From positions 1-64,000 of the IMG/VR virus record IMGVR_UViG_3300036770_006893: a stretch of DNA of 64,000 bases; one strand, written 5' to 3'. Shown one piece after another: positions 1 through 12,971 of the stretch. Both the position numbers and the translations under genes were made by a program. The notes below the pieces were generated by a model. It was not told the origin of the DNA. It searched no databases and saw only the letters and a program-made list of their open reading frames with translations. The number at the start of each line of letters is the position of its first letter. Position 1 is the first letter of the stretch.

Positions 1-3000
1 TATCTTGCTGGTTCTGGTGATACATTAGATACGTTATGGCTTTCATCGTAGCAGACTTCATGTATGCTGTATGTGATGGTAGGTTCATCAAAACTAGTAT
101 GCTTCGTTGTTTGTTTAACAACTCTAAAATCACAAGTCATCGCCTAGCCCTTTCAATGATTGAGTATACCCTGGTGGTTTGTCTTTGTCAAGTAGAGAGC
201 GTCTTTCTTCTCTTAGTCCAGCGATTTCTTTGTTTAATGTTCTGATTTCAGATTTGAGGCTCTGAATAAGATATAGTTTATTAAACTCGCCAGCTTCATA
301 ACCAGCATTAAAAGATGCCTTTAACCATTCTTTGATGTTTTTCCAGTTATCAACCTCATCCTTAGGATTAACAACAAGATCGTCGTATGCTCTTTCACAC
401 CTAAGAGAGAATCCTTCTATTTCATTCAACCAATCTTCAAATGTTTTTGTCATCCCAAATTCTTTCCAAGTAGTCTAAAGTGTCTTTAACTGTACCGTCA
501 TCGTAGAAACAATCAAGATCGGTTTGTGTTATCTTTTTGTATAAATCAGACCGAACTAGGTGCAGAACATTCATTATTGCCTGACCATGACGAAGTTCAA
601 ATTCGTTTTCATAATAAAACTTATCTGCTTTGTCTAAGAATTGTTCAAAATTAATCATCTAAGTCTAGATTCTGTAAATGTGTTCGTGGATAGCCAGCAT
701 CATCATAATCGTAAGTCATAGTCATTTCCTCACTATGCCATTGTATCACAGTCTCTAGTGCTTTGTCAAGACTGTCAAAATAATGAATTCTTGAAGATCC
801 AAGAACATAAGAATAAATACTGACTCCAGTAATTATACCTTTACATTCTTTGTCACTCCAATAATCTCCAAATTCGATGCTAATACTACCTTCGCTGCTT
901 TTACAGTGACCATCTGAATATTTAAAATAATGGTCATATGCTTCTTTGAGAAGTTGGCGAATTTTAATTAGTTTTATAAAATCATCTTTATTCATTGATC
1001 GCCTCGTTTTGATATTTCAAAACTCCAGTAAGAATATTCTTCAACCCCATCCCATTCTTCATCATAATTTAATCGTAGTCCTACGCTACAATATGGACAA
1101 AAAAGCATCCTGTTACTGTTATATTGTTCAGTAAGATTTTCCCAACTTATAAGAGATGAAATATCTTTTTCACAACTAGGACAATAATAACTCATACAAA
1201 TAACCTATCTTGCAGTAATTGCTTGACTGTTTCTGTTACGTCGATTCCGTTGACAATAATATTGTTTTCGCCACTCTTTATTGGATTATTTGGTATATTT
1301 TCTGCAACTCTATTATAGAGCCAAAAGATAACAAACTTTTGTTCTTGTGTTAAATTAATCATAATCAAAACACTCCATTTTTTTGATTTGTCCCCTTTTA
1401 AGATATCTTATATCATTGTCAATATATTCTTTGGCTTGTTCGATTGTGAAAAACTTATTAACGCTACGTAACATTCCGCTACCAACATATTCGTAATCAG
1501 AAACCCAGTACCAAAATAGCAAACCTTTTTTACGAATCTGATACCATTCTTCATTATTACCATTAGAAAATTTGCAAATTTTATATTTACTCATAAGTAT
1601 TCTACCCCCTCAAAAGGGTCTTTGTCATAAGGATAATTGAATGGCCCCAAAATCTGACGTCTTTTTTCTTTGAGAAAACTTAATACGTCAAAAAAACACT
1701 CCTCACAAAGATCAATGTTGTATTTGGATCCATCGTCTTTTGACCCATATCCCCAACAACTTTCTAGAGTAGCATAATCCGGCCCAACATTCGTATTAAT
1801 TGTAGTGCTTTTTCCGCAAGCGTCACAATTAACATCATCGACAACTCTTTTTAATTGTTCTTTAAAAGTTTTCATTTGCGTACTTTCGTTATTTCGAATC
1901 CAAATCCTAACAAACGACAGCTAAAACCCTTTCCCCAGTCATATGTATAATAATAGATTTCGGTGGTTAGATCGAGGCTAAAACCATACTGATATAAATC
2001 ATCAGACGGGTGCCAATCGGTATCCATCTTAGGACGTTTGTGAAATAAGAAATTAAAAGGATGAAACCATTTGATTTTTAAATTGTCAAACCATTGAGGT
2101 TTTGCCAAATCCGCAAAATATTGATGCTCACACTCCACACTACAGACCCAAAACCCATTATGCAATTCCCACCCATTATTATGTTCAATTACTGGACAAA
2201 GATAACTATCATTAACAGATTCTTTTCTTTCACAAGTATAGATATATCGCCCACAAACCATACAAGTTTCAGTAGGAGCATCTGGATCGCAACATTTGGT
2301 ATCAGTGTCCATAGTTTGTATCTTTATAAATCTCTGGATATTTATTCTCAAGAATCTCTGAATCGTCCTCTATGTCACAATGATACAATGCGTATTGGTA
2401 AAATGCAAGACCTTCAAATTTGCTTTCCGGCCAATTTCCATAAGTCTTATCATAGTCTACAACTATAGATCGTAGTTTATCTAAAAATTCTTGATTAGTC
2501 ATAATACTTCTGTAAGAATTCTCCAACTTTTAAGAGTAAGTCCTTCGTTAATAATTTCGATAGGTTTGCCCTTGAGTTGATCTATACTAGTTACTTTAGC
2601 GTCTTTGAGCAGTTTATTAACTTTTTTTACCATATCTGCTCTTTGTATTTGTCGATCTTTCTCTGTCCATTTAGTATATTTGTCCACCTTAACATCCTCA
2701 CTCCAACCACCATCAATAAAATCTACACAACCCTTACCATTAAAATTTAATACAAACGTAAGTCCAAACTGCATATCTTGGTATCCGCCATATCCGAAAT
2801 ATACTTTTTCAATTTTACCAAGTTCTTTAGTCATTCAATCCTCCTTTGCTGCCTTGATAATAGCGTCTCGTGATACTACAACAGTTACTTTATGATTATT
2901 TGTATTCCATTCGTGCCACGCTCTACATAATGCACACCCGTGTTCATATTCAGCACAATTTTCTCCCCAAATATCAATCATTTCATTAAACGTAAGAGGA

Positions 3001-4655
3001 ATTGTAACTTCCACAAAATTTAAACTAAAACCGTAGTGGGCTTTCAAGTTTTCTAATTGAGTTTCTTGAGTTAGTAGACTTTTATGCACGGATTATCTCC
3101 TCGCACCCTGCTCGACAATCTTTTAATTGATTAGATTGTATACATCTCCAAAGTTTTCCCTTATCATGAATAGCCACACAATTCATCGCTCCATGAATTT
3201 TACAATGCGGGGTTGGCTTGCAACTATTAGTAGACTTAACTTCTACCAAATCAAATCTACTATTGTTATCGTTGATAGGTTGAATAGTCATGAATTATCT
3301 TCTTCGTGCTTACTTATTCCACAATAATCGCACTTATAAATTCTATGAGATCGTACTAAATTATAACCATGAAAACTAAATTTATGTCCTATTTTTTCAC
3401 ATTCTTGTCTTATCTTTTTCATTGCAGGATTATGGATTCTATTATCATAATCTCGTAAAAACTCTCTCATTTTAGAGTTTCTTTCTTCCCATAGTTTTAT
3501 CTTTTGGTCGTATATTTGTTGGTGATTCATTGCCAACCATTATTAATGGCATCCCATGTTACATCTTTATATTTTGGGTAATCAACGGGCCAGTATTTGG
3601 GTCGTTCTTGCTTTTCTTGTGGATAATATGGTCTAGAATACTGTAGTTGTTCCACTGTTTTAATCAGTTGTCTAACAACAGTTTCAAGATTCAATAGTGA
3701 TTCTAATACCACATCAATCTTTGGTTTAGATTTTTTAACTGACTTGTGTTTACTTTTCTTTTTCATTTTTTTCCACTAATTTTAGTATTGATCCATCTTT
3801 AAATTGAAGAATAAGAGTTTCTGGTTTAGAGAAAGATAGAGTATAACTAACAATATTTTTGTGTTGTCGTAAAATTTCTAGCAACTTATCCATAAACTAC
3901 CAGTGATGAATAATATTTGCAATAATAAAAGCACAAGTAATAAAATTGATCAATATAATACTTAACTTAATAGTAAATGCTGTCCATGCTTCGTATTGAG
4001 TTAATATAGGAATGTCGGGAGCATCATAATCATCTTTTCCGACTCTATGATCTATTGCTCTTGCTAAGATTAGCAATTTTCTATTCATTAGTTGGAGGCA
4101 AAGGATTATTGTTTACAGGAATATACTTTTGAAGTGTAGCCAACTTCCCATCAGCATCATCTAAGATATCCACATATTTCTTTAGTTCTTCAAGGATATC
4201 GGAATGTTCGCCAATGCCTACGCTATTATTCATATAAAGATTAAGAGTAGCCACTGCTTCACTGATTTTAGAATTATAATGATCGACCAGAGCCTTTAGA
4301 AAAAGATTCATACTATCTCCTTAATTGTTAACTATTTTCTTGAGTTTTTTACTTAAAGATTCTATTACTTTATTTACCGCCGTACTAACACTATAGTCTT
4401 TTTTGTAAGCGTTAAGAGCGTCTAACATTCTCCATGCTTCTTGCTTACTAATATCTATATTCATATTACTAATTCTATAAAATTTTCGCCATCAATATCT
4501 GTTTGAATTAAAACCGGATCTATATTTTCATATTCATCTAGGTCGTAGTCATATACAACTACTTCAAATTCATCAGAATCTTCTAATGAAGTCAACTCTT
4601 TATCTTTAAGAATGAGTTTAATTTGTTTCATTTCTAAAACTTTCGCATAGAGTTG

Positions 4656-5222
4656 TTATCCTACAAAACAGCCTCTTGAGTTAAATAGTTTTTGTATTTC
4701 TTTGAAACTCCACGGCTCTCCAAATATTTTACCATAGTTTACTGTATTGTCAACCCCAACGTCTAAAGTTAATCTTTTTGAGGTTTGATCTTCATTATCT
4801 AATTTAGAGTGAACATGACCGTATAGCATATAACTACCCTTATGACTAGACGGCCAACTTCTGTGGGGATAATGACTTAGAAATATTTTTTGATTACAAT
4901 AGATTATTTCTTTAGTATCTTGAAGAGTAGAGAATCCATTCATATCAGTAGTATTTTTATCTGGAAAATAATCTTTATGTTTTTCGTGATTACCCCATAT
5001 TAGATGAACATTTTTACAATTAATACGAATTCTATAGTCTATTGGTTTTTTGCTTTTAAAACAAAAATCTCCAAGCACATATAGGGTGTCTTCATAATCA
5101 ACAACTTTATTTATCTGATCTAGTATGTGCTTATTCATAATATGAACATCATCAAAAGGACGATTACAATATTTGATTATATTGTTATGTCCAAAATGAC
5201 AATCAGATGTAAAGTATATCAT
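4656..5222 (-). CDS. Calcineurin-like metallophosphoesterase
   Basis: Motifs FTSDCHFGH, LGDF, GNHE, SHYP, GHVH. Confidence 0.9.
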   Translation of the reverse strand: MIYFTSDCHFGHNNIIKYCNRPFDDVHIMNKHILDQINKVVDYEDTLYVLGDFCFKSKKPIDYRIRINCKNVHLIWGNHEKHKDYFPDKNTTDMNGFSTLQDTKEIIYCNQKIFLSHYPHRSWPSSHKGSYMLYGHVHSKLDNEDQTSKRLTLDVGVDNTVNYGKIFGEPWSFKEIQKLFNSRGCFVG

Positions 5223-5626
5223 TATTCAACAACATAACCTTCTACTTTTGCTTCTTCATCACTTAATACTTTCATCCAAGCCAATACAACTTCGCCATTT
5301 TTAATTTTTCTATTACGCAACTTTCCTTTGTTGCCAGAATATTCACAAATGCAACCACTCATACTCTCTGCCATATTAACTACGCCATTGATATAATCAT
5401 CAGCACCATACTTATACATCCTAAGTAAAGAAAATTTTTCTTTAATTTGTGACCAATAAAAATCTATAACTTTACCTTGTTTTGTTGAATAGTCTATATA
5501 ATGTTGAATAACTCCACAACAACGATTAATTATTTCGTACCAACCGTCGCCACACTCAATATACTTGAGATTTTTGAATTGGTTTGGATACTTTTCGTAT
5601 AGTTGGTTTTGTAGTTCCGCGTCCAT
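5222..5626 (-). CDS. Conserved hypothetical phage protein
   Basis: ECGDGW...QIKEKF..LR...ICE pattern resembling a common phage ORF family; coupled to its neighbour. Confidence 0.55.
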   Translation of the reverse strand: MDAELQNQLYEKYPNQFKNLKYIECGDGWYEIINRCCGVIQHYIDYSTKQGKVIDFYWSQIKEKFSLLRMYKYGADDYINGVVNMAESMSGCICEYSGNKGKLRNRKIKNGEVVLAWMKVLSDEEAKVEGYVVE

Positions 5627-5849
5627 TTTACTTTGCCTTATACTTCTTTTGTTTTTGAAGCATGGAAAGAATACTCATATACTTTTCAGCATCACTCTTG
5701 CTATTAAATTCGGTTACAATGGCCTGACCATCACTCTTGGGGAGATTAATAGGCTGACCATTTTGGGTAACAACAAACTTACCATTCTTTTCAACAACAC
5801 CAAGACTCATAGTTATCCTCTAAGGTAAAAGAAACGAAACACACTTGTA

Positions 5850-6287
5850 TTATACTGGACTTTGACTATATGTCAAATCACGCTCTACCATTTTCCCATC
5901 ACGAACCACATAGATGCAAACATTATTATGAGATGATCTAATATATTCTCGACCACCATCAATCATATTGCCATTATCAAAACTCTTATAATCATGGTGA
6001 GACTGAGAGTATTGAAGATCGCCGTCATCATCTTCTACCATACCAAATGTATATCTCTCTATTGCGTCAGCACTAAAAATTACATAAGATCCATCTTCAT
6101 AATTGATACCTATACCAAAATACCTGTTACCAAATGTTGGATGTGGAGTATTCCTATAGAAAATATCCACAGGTCGATCACTCATATTATAATCTGTGGT
6201 ACAAACATAACTGATAGGGACATTATCCTTCTGTGAATAATGCTCAATAACCTTATCAGTATTGGTAGTTGGAAAGTGTTTAATCAT
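5850..6287 (-). CDS. Hypothetical phage protein
   Basis: 145-aa ORF in the operon; C-terminal SHHDY...IDGGREY motif. Confidence 0.55.
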   Translation of the reverse strand: MIKHFPTTNTDKVIEHYSQKDNVPISYVCTTDYNMSDRPVDIFYRNTPHPTFGNRYFGIGINYEDGSYVIFSADAIERYTFGMVEDDDGDLQYSQSHHDYKSFDNGNMIDGGREYIRSSHNNVCIYVVRDGKMVERDLTYSQSPV

Positions 6288-6888
6288 TTTCGAAAATAAT
6301 TACTTAAGGTAAAAAACATAGTAGACCAACAACAAATAAAAATGCCGACTCTTTCTGTCTGATCTGGATCTCCATCTTTTTTAAGAGTCCAAATGAGTAT
6401 GCTAGCAATAGCACTGCTTATGCCTGTAATAAAAAATACATTGGGCCAAAATTTGTTTTGCTTCATAAATTGGCGTTTTCTTCTTCTAGATATTGACGAA
6501 TATCGTTTTGAAACTCTTCCAATTCTTCTCCCAAAACAACAGCAGCACAATACAAGATATGATCTCTTGGATCATTTCCATCATTGATATATTCTTGGTA
6601 ACTAATTTGTTCACTATCACTATCAAAAATATATCTAGCACACTCCATAGCCGCATCTGTATAAGACAGTTCAGTTTGACTTTTCATTTCTTTCTCCAAT
6701 TTCTAGATGGATCACGACGCTTGGGTTTAACATAGTGAGTAACTTTAACTGTTTGTTCCACAGTATACGGATACATATTATTGATCCTTATTTCTGGAAT
6801 CAGATAAGGATCAGATTGTGGCGGTTTAGTGTCGTAGTATCCAGTAGCGATATTGACAATCTTTTTAACACTATCCATCCAATTATAC

Positions 6889-7386
6889 TCACCCATACTG
6901 AGTCCATTTCCTTTCGCTAATAATATCCTTATACTTTTCGCCAGCAGGAGTTAGTTGCACCATACCATCCACACAAAAGATACAACCATCCTTATCGCCC
7001 GGATTATCATATCTATCACCACCTTCTTCATCATAGTGATCGAAATGCAAAGATAGTCCAGTATTCTTATTAAAAACAGTTTTAAGATTGGTTACAAGAA
7101 TTTCATATTGATCGAAGATATCTTCCACAATCTGTTCTTCTGTCAACTCCAATCGAATAGTAGCCTTAGACTCATCATCAAGCACAGCATCATGCAAAGC
7201 ATCAATAATTTGGTCATTATCACTCCATGCGAGCCATCGACCAATATTCCCCCATCCGACACCATCAAAATACTTAGCCTTTTCAATAGCCTTGATTTCA
7301 TCTGGACAAATCTTTTTCAGATCATCATATTCGATAACAAAACTGCCAACAGCAAAACTGCCCATTCCCATAACTTTGTTCTCCAA
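6889..7386 (-). CDS. Hypothetical acidic protein
   Basis: 165-aa ORF coupled to downstream ORFs; probable start at MGMGSF. Confidence 0.6.
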   Translation of the reverse strand: MENKVMGMGSFAVGSFVIEYDDLKKICPDEIKAIEKAKYFDGVGWGNIGRWLAWSDNDQIIDALHDAVLDDESKATIRLELTEEQIVEDIFDQYEILVTNLKTVFNKNTGLSLHFDHYDEEGGDRYDNPGDKDGCIFCVDGMVQLTPAGEKYKDIISERKWTQYG

Positions 7387-7436
7387 GGACGATTAACATA
7401 GTTTAACACACCTTCCGCAACTGTCAACTCTGCTCA

Positions 7437-8246
7437 TCATGTTTTTTGTACTACGGCGTTTTCAAAAATTCCGTGAGCAATATAATGATCAATTAATGAG
7501 TCTTTTGTGATTAAGGGTTTGAGGTTATAGTTATTTTTTTTGTACTGATTTGTATCAAATTTTTTTGGCAAAAAGAAATTAGGCACACTGTTTAATAAAT
7601 TTGTATATTTACTATTTTTGATAGCGTTTTCTGAGACGATATCATAATTGTCATATAATGAAAGTCTTTTTAAGTGTTTTTGATGTGTTTCTAGTGGATA
7701 TTTACAATCGGCTATTGAATTAGATAGTATCTCCATTCTAGATTCTACTGCCTGTAAACAAAACTTGCTATCGGCAGTTTTTATTAGTCTGGTATTTGGA
7801 TATATAGTGTCAATAGGAGGAAAATTTGCAAATCTGATATATTTTTTCAGATCACTATAAGTGTCGATATAAAAACAAATATCTAAAGGTACGCCAAAAA
7901 TATGCATGTGATAACCATATTTAAATGATGGTTGATTATCGCTTGTATAAGATGAATTATGAGTACCAAAATTTCTTATCGGTTCATAGGTTCTAAATGG
8001 CTTAACGGTATAAATCCTTTTGTCCTCAGAATAAACGATAAAGTCACTAGTTAATAACTTATTAAGAAAATGTGATCTATTTGAAATATTGACTTTGATA
8101 TCAATATCTTTTATAGTGCTTAATGGTCTATGTAAATAGAATACTTCGCAGATACTTCCTACAAAAGTGATAGAATCACCAAAAATTCTACATAAATTAT
8201 TTATTACTAGTTTTTTAGCTGATGATTTTATATCACTCATACCCAT
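7437..8246 (-). CDS. Putative nucleotidyltransferase-fold protein
   Basis: N-terminal FVGS-x15-DIDI resembles the Pol-beta-superfamily hGS..DhD motif; C-terminal FDxxxY...HY..HG segment. Confidence 0.35.
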   Translation of the reverse strand: MGMSDIKSSAKKLVINNLCRIFGDSITFVGSICEVFYLHRPLSTIKDIDIKVNISNRSHFLNKLLTSDFIVYSEDKRIYTVKPFRTYEPIRNFGTHNSSYTSDNQPSFKYGYHMHIFGVPLDICFYIDTYSDLKKYIRFANFPPIDTIYPNTRLIKTADSKFCLQAVESRMEILSNSIADCKYPLETHQKHLKRLSLYDNYDIVSENAIKNSKYTNLLNSVPNFFLPKKFDTNQYKKNNYNLKPLITKDSLIDHYIAHGIFENAVVQKT

Positions 8247-8249
8247 CCT

Positions 8250-8633
8250 TTAGATGTAACAGTGGCGTCTAAATATAATACCCTTTTGATTGGATATGGG
8301 TATGAAGTTATCTAATTTTGTTGTTTTGCAAACCACCCAGCCATATTTAGGCTTATCGTCATTCCAATAAAGAAGCTCATCGGTTTCTTTTACTAAATGT
8401 CGATTATAGTCATCTATCCAGGCATTTTTATCTGGGTACTTAAAACTATGACTAAAGGTAATAGCTCCGATAATTCTTGCTTTAAATTTACCAGATTTTC
8501 CAGGCGTTTCTATAAGTGCTAGTTCAACTCCTTCATACTTTTTAGGCAGCGGGTACGTTCGTGTTTCTACGCTTTTGTCGCCATTTATTAATAGAGTTGA
8601 CCAAGGAACCTGTACGTTTAAACCAACTGTCAT
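8250..8633 (-). CDS. ASCH domain protein
   Basis: QVPWSTLLINGDKSVETR matches the ASCH PW..LI..G.K..E.R signature; later G.IIGAITF and YGW. Confidence 0.8.
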   Translation of the reverse strand: MTVGLNVQVPWSTLLINGDKSVETRTYPLPKKYEGVELALIETPGKSGKFKARIIGAITFSHSFKYPDKNAWIDDYNRHLVKETDELLYWNDDKPKYGWVVCKTTKLDNFIPISNQKGIIFRRHCYI

Positions 8634-8895
8634 TTTGTAGCCCCGCCAAAGTAGAAATTCAGAATAAGTTTACATGGATGATATTTAGAATAAAATACAA
8701 TACTACCATCTTCGTTTTGAGAGATTGTACCGCCATGTAAAATATGTCCAATGGTATAATCATCATTTAGTAGATGTAGTTCAAACTGTTGATGAAACCA
8801 ATTCCAATAATTATACTGAAAAATATCATCTCCAGTACGGAGATCAATCATAGCAGTATTTTCTAAATTTTTTAGTAAATAGTCGTGAAACGTCA

Positions 8896-9168
8896 TCAGT
8901 CAACCCTAATATCCATAACGTGAGTTTCTGGTGTGCCAAATCCATTTTTACAAGTAAACTTTAGAGTAACAGTATTTCCACTAACTTTGGTATAAAATTC
9001 ATGAAAAACTAAAGTATCTGGATAATTAACCATAGCACGAACCTTATCCTTTGCTCTCAAAATTTTATCAATATCATCTGCCCTAGCAACAGTAGGATTT
9101 ATAATAATTGAATATGAAATTCCAACAACAGAAAGACCAATAATAATTGCAGTAATAAACTTTTTCAC
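8896..9168 (-). CDS. Small secreted or membrane-anchored protein
   Basis: MKK plus hydrophobic N-terminus; C-terminal KNGFG. Confidence 0.5.
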   Translation of the reverse strand: MKKFITAIIIGLSVVGISYSIIINPTVARADDIDKILRAKDKVRAMVNYPDTLVFHEFYTKVSGNTVTLKFTCKNGFGTPETHVMDIRVD

Positions 9169-9467
9169 ATATTCTCCTTCAAAACTTGATAAATAATATA
9201 CAAAAACAAAACAATTATACCTAAATAAATAGAGCCTATCTCTAACTTCTTTGTTCTTTCATATACTAAATAATAATCATAAATAGCATTATCAATTTCT
9301 GTTTTACTATATCCTTCTGACTCTAATTTCCAATAAACTTGATCTTGATTTAGTTCGCCCGAATAATATTTTTTACAAACCAGATACAAAATATAATCTG
9401 TATCAATATTTCTATATTCCATAGTGGCCTCCGTGATATTTTGCCGCCTACAAAATATGCTTTATAT

Positions 9468-10043
9468 TTAGTTATCTAATCTCCCACTTACTTCTGTCCA
9501 GATTAACAAATCAATATCTGCCAAAGACAAATCTGGGTACGATTCTCTCATAAGAGAGATACTAATACTCGACCACTTCTCGTACTCCTGTTTATTCTGT
9601 GGAGTATCTCTTGGAGCATCTTCATATCCAGAATGATTACGAATCCATTTTAGAATATGGGTATCAAGCACAGCGTATTCACAATTTTCTCTAGTATGAA
9701 GTAGAAAAAATCTTGCGGTTTTTGGTCCAACCCCATAAACGCTAGTCAGATCATCAAGATCACAATTTCTTAAATCTAAATCAATAGATTGCTCAATAGC
9801 CTTTGAAAGCCTAGTGTATTGACCAGACTTAATACTTAGCAACTTATTATGAATATCAATCTGTTGAAGATAACCAAATGGAGTATCCCACGGAGTCATA
9901 TCTTCTAAAAATTGAGACAACTTAATGCTAGCACTATCAGAATTTTTACCAGCAACAAACAAACAAAACAGCCAGAAAGTTTCTAGTTCACTATCTGTTC
10001 TATTATAATTTGTAATGTTTTTAGGATCAATAGTTGTTGTCAT
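9468..10043 (-). CDS. HhH DNA glycosylase/lyase (8-oxoguanine glycosylase-like)
   Basis: HhH motif VYGVGPKTARFFLL with Lys, followed by AVLDTHIL with Asp; ends DLLIW. Confidence 0.7.
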   Translation of the reverse strand: MTTTIDPKNITNYNRTDSELETFWLFCLFVAGKNSDSASIKLSQFLEDMTPWDTPFGYLQQIDIHNKLLSIKSGQYTRLSKAIEQSIDLDLRNCDLDDLTSVYGVGPKTARFFLLHTRENCEYAVLDTHILKWIRNHSGYEDAPRDTPQNKQEYEKWSSISISLMRESYPDLSLADIDLLIWTEVSGRLDN

Positions 10044-11742
10044 AGATTATGAATCCTTATACAAACCAACACTCAGGTCGCCGTTTCTATAATTTTCGTT
10101 ACGATTATAGATTGGAAAGTTACCATGAAAATTTGGGTCAATAGCCTTGATAAAATTATCCGTAAACTTAGCACCTTCCCAAAAATCACTGAATGTTTTA
10201 ACTCTTTCTACAGTAGAATTTCTGACAACGATAAAAGTCCAATTCATTAGATATTAACTCCTTGTTTGTAATATCTTTCACACCTCTTAATAAAGTCTGG
10301 AAGAATTTTTCTAAGACTGTGGGGCATACTATTGAAATATTTAACATCAAAATTGTCGCATCGCCCAAGGGCAATATTTAGACCCATCTTCTTGTTAAAC
10401 TTATCTCCCTTGCGACACTGAGAATACCCTATTGTAAATGACCCATCTCCTTGGTTCTTTTTGGCTACTAAAACACCAACAGGATCACCATTTTTATTAC
10501 GCTTATATGTAACTAGTGTATAGGCAGGAATCATTGTTTGCTCTCCAGTGTTAGATGGTTGATAGTTGTGTCATACCAGAGGTATCGGCAGTTGTCAATA
10601 GATGCCTTTAGTCGATATTTTCCTTCATCCACTCTCTATTCATGCTCAAATATTGAAAAATATAGTATGCTGTGTTTGAAATATTGTCGCCGGATTCGTA
10701 GTGGGTTCGTGCAATGTTTTGGATAGTATACTTTTCATCATCAGAAAGAGGAGAGTCTTTTTCCAGACCATCGTACTCGCTATCAATATAGTCTGCAACA
10801 CCATACATAAAGTCTTTGAAAGAATCATACTTTTTCATGTTAATTCTCCAAAAACTTGTTGATAAAATCGGCCAGACCCTTTAGTTCTTCTCTTGTTATA
10901 GTATAATTGTTAGTATCCCAAGAAATACTATTGGTAACTGTCATATCTACTGTGGAATTTAGTTTCTCAAAATAGAATCTAAATACATTTGCTTTGTAAA
11001 AATCTGCTTTAATTACATCATCCATTAGTTGCCTCTTTCAAATCTCTTGACAAAGTTTGTGACGCCTCACGCACAGTGGGGAGCCAATAAAAATCATAGA
11101 TTTCATTCCATGATGGAAAAGAGTAGAAAGGATCGCCTTCGTTCATACAATTCCCTTTACTATCATAAACATCATAAAAGGCTACATTTCTATTGTCAAA
11201 ATCCTCCATAGAATCATAACAAGCATAAACATTAAAATAACCATAACTAATTGATTGGTCATAAACATACTTAGCAACAAGTTCATTCATTAGATTAAAT
11301 CAACCTCCATAAAATCCATATCAAGATTGAGTTCATCCCAATCAGACTGAGTAACATTTCCCACTACCAAATAATTATCATCTTTAGAATAGTCTTGATT
11401 TCTATCATACTGAATATAAAAAACTTCAGACTTTGATGACTTCATTTGATTAAGATCAATAACTAATTCTTGAGCCTCTTTATGACCGACAACATTACTA
11501 AAACACTTAATCATTTGGCATCATCATGGAAAGAGTTGTCGAAACTATGAAAAAGACCATCAACATCATCAGTAGTCCAAGGATAATTCGGACTATTGTT
11601 TTCGTAATGCTTCAAATGCTCACTCAAACATTCCAGAGCATCCAAAATCATTTCCATATCGTGTTTTTCAATGTAGTGGTTCACAAATTTCTCCAATGGG
11701 TGTAGCGTTAGTATACTACGTTATCGTCGTTTGTCAACCGCA

Positions 11743-11790
11743 ACTAAAGAGAAAGTGGCGAGAACTTTTGATTCCCGCCACATTTTCAAT
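11743..11790 (-). terminator. Probable intrinsic terminator after Hsp20
   Basis: Stem GTGGCG...CGCCAC with adjacent A/T run, just downstream of the Hsp20 stop. Confidence 0.5.
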
Positions 11791-11811
11791 AATCTAAACT
11801 AGATTGTAGAA

Positions 11812-12300
11812 TCACTCAATTGTTAATTTTTTAACTTTTTGGACTTGTGCTGCAATTTTTTTTAATCCAAATTTAACTCGCAAAATACCGTCTTTCAAAG
11901 ATAAAACTGGATCTTTATCATCAATATCTTCTGGTAGTCTTATGACACGCCTAAATTCCTGGCCGCTCAATTCTCTAATAGCATAATTATCTGTTTTATC
12001 CATGAAATCTTCATGTAAAAACCCACCAACAGTAATTAATCGACCATGCTCATCTTCTGTTAATTCAACAGTTAAATCATCTTTAGCAACTCCTGGTACA
12101 CTATATTGAAGAACCCAAGAATCTTCTGTTTTAATAGCATCCATCAAAGGATAGCCTTTACCCTTTTTATTTAAGCCGCTAAAAAAGTCATGCCCAAAGA
12201 TATTATTCATAGCATGATCTAATTCTTTACTAATTTCAGAAAAAAGATCAACTCTACGAGGGGCAAGATAGCCATTACGAGAATGTAAAGTTAAAGTCAT
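11812..12300 (-). CDS. Small heat-shock protein (Hsp20/alpha-crystallin)
   Basis: YPLMD...LQYSVPGVAKDDLTVEL...FRRVIRLPEDI...LKDGILRV; GGAGG RBS supports a start at 12300 rather than 12312. Confidence 0.9.
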   Translation of the reverse strand: MTLTLHSRNGYLAPRRVDLFSEISKELDHAMNNIFGHDFFSGLNKKGKGYPLMDAIKTEDSWVLQYSVPGVAKDDLTVELTEDEHGRLITVGGFLHEDFMDKTDNYAIRELSGQEFRRVIRLPEDIDDKDPVLSLKDGILRVKFGLKKIAAQVQKVKKLTIE

Positions 12301-12596
12301 AATAACCTCCATTACTAACTATAAACATAGTTTAATGTAAAAATTAGCCCACATTAGTGGCACTAAAATAGATTATCAAACCTATCAAGTGTATAATATT
12401 ACCTCTTAGAGGTTTGTCAAGTTGTTACTTGATCCATTCGTAGTATCCATGATTCATAGCATCCTCAATACTGCTCTCAGGATTCTCTTTCATATACTTT
12501 AGAGCAAAATATACTACTTCATTAACTAGTCCATATTTTTGTGCATCCCTAATAAAAGCATCAACAATATCAATTTCAGTATTAATGTCTCTCATT

Positions 12597-12971
12597 TTAG
12601 TCTGAACACCACCCACCAACAGCGTAGTGAATTTTATCACCACTCTTAAAAGGAACACCCAGAGGATTATTCCACTTTTCATGCTTTGTTTCGATATAAT
12701 CAACAGCCTTATCTTCACTATCAAAAGGATCGATACTTACCCACTTGATAGTATCTTCCATTGTGTTAATTTGACCAGTATAACCTAGATCATCAACTGC
12801 TTCATCATAAGCAGCATCATAATCAAAGTCCTCATCATCTTCATCGTAATTGTCGCTGATATAATCATGAGGATAACTTTCTTCAATTTCAATCTTATCC
12901 TGAATCCATAGTGATTGAATTTTTTGTTTGTTATCTGTTTCGTAAACTCTATAATCAAATGAGGCGCCCAT
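12597..12971 (-). CDS. Hypothetical acidic protein
   Basis: 124-aa ORF with an Asp/Glu-rich centre. Confidence 0.6.
   Translation of the reverse strand: MGASFDYRVYETDNKQKIQSLWIQDKIEIEESYPHDYISDNYDEDDEDFDYDAAYDEAVDDLGYTGQINTMEDTIKWVSIDPFDSEDKAVDYIETKHEKWNNPLGVPFKSGDKIHYAVGGWCSD

Noticed and set aside
12343-12366. CIRCE element upstream of Hsp20
   Set aside because: TTAGCCCAC-ATTA-GTGGCACTAA does not fit TTAGCACTC-N9-GAGTGCTAA
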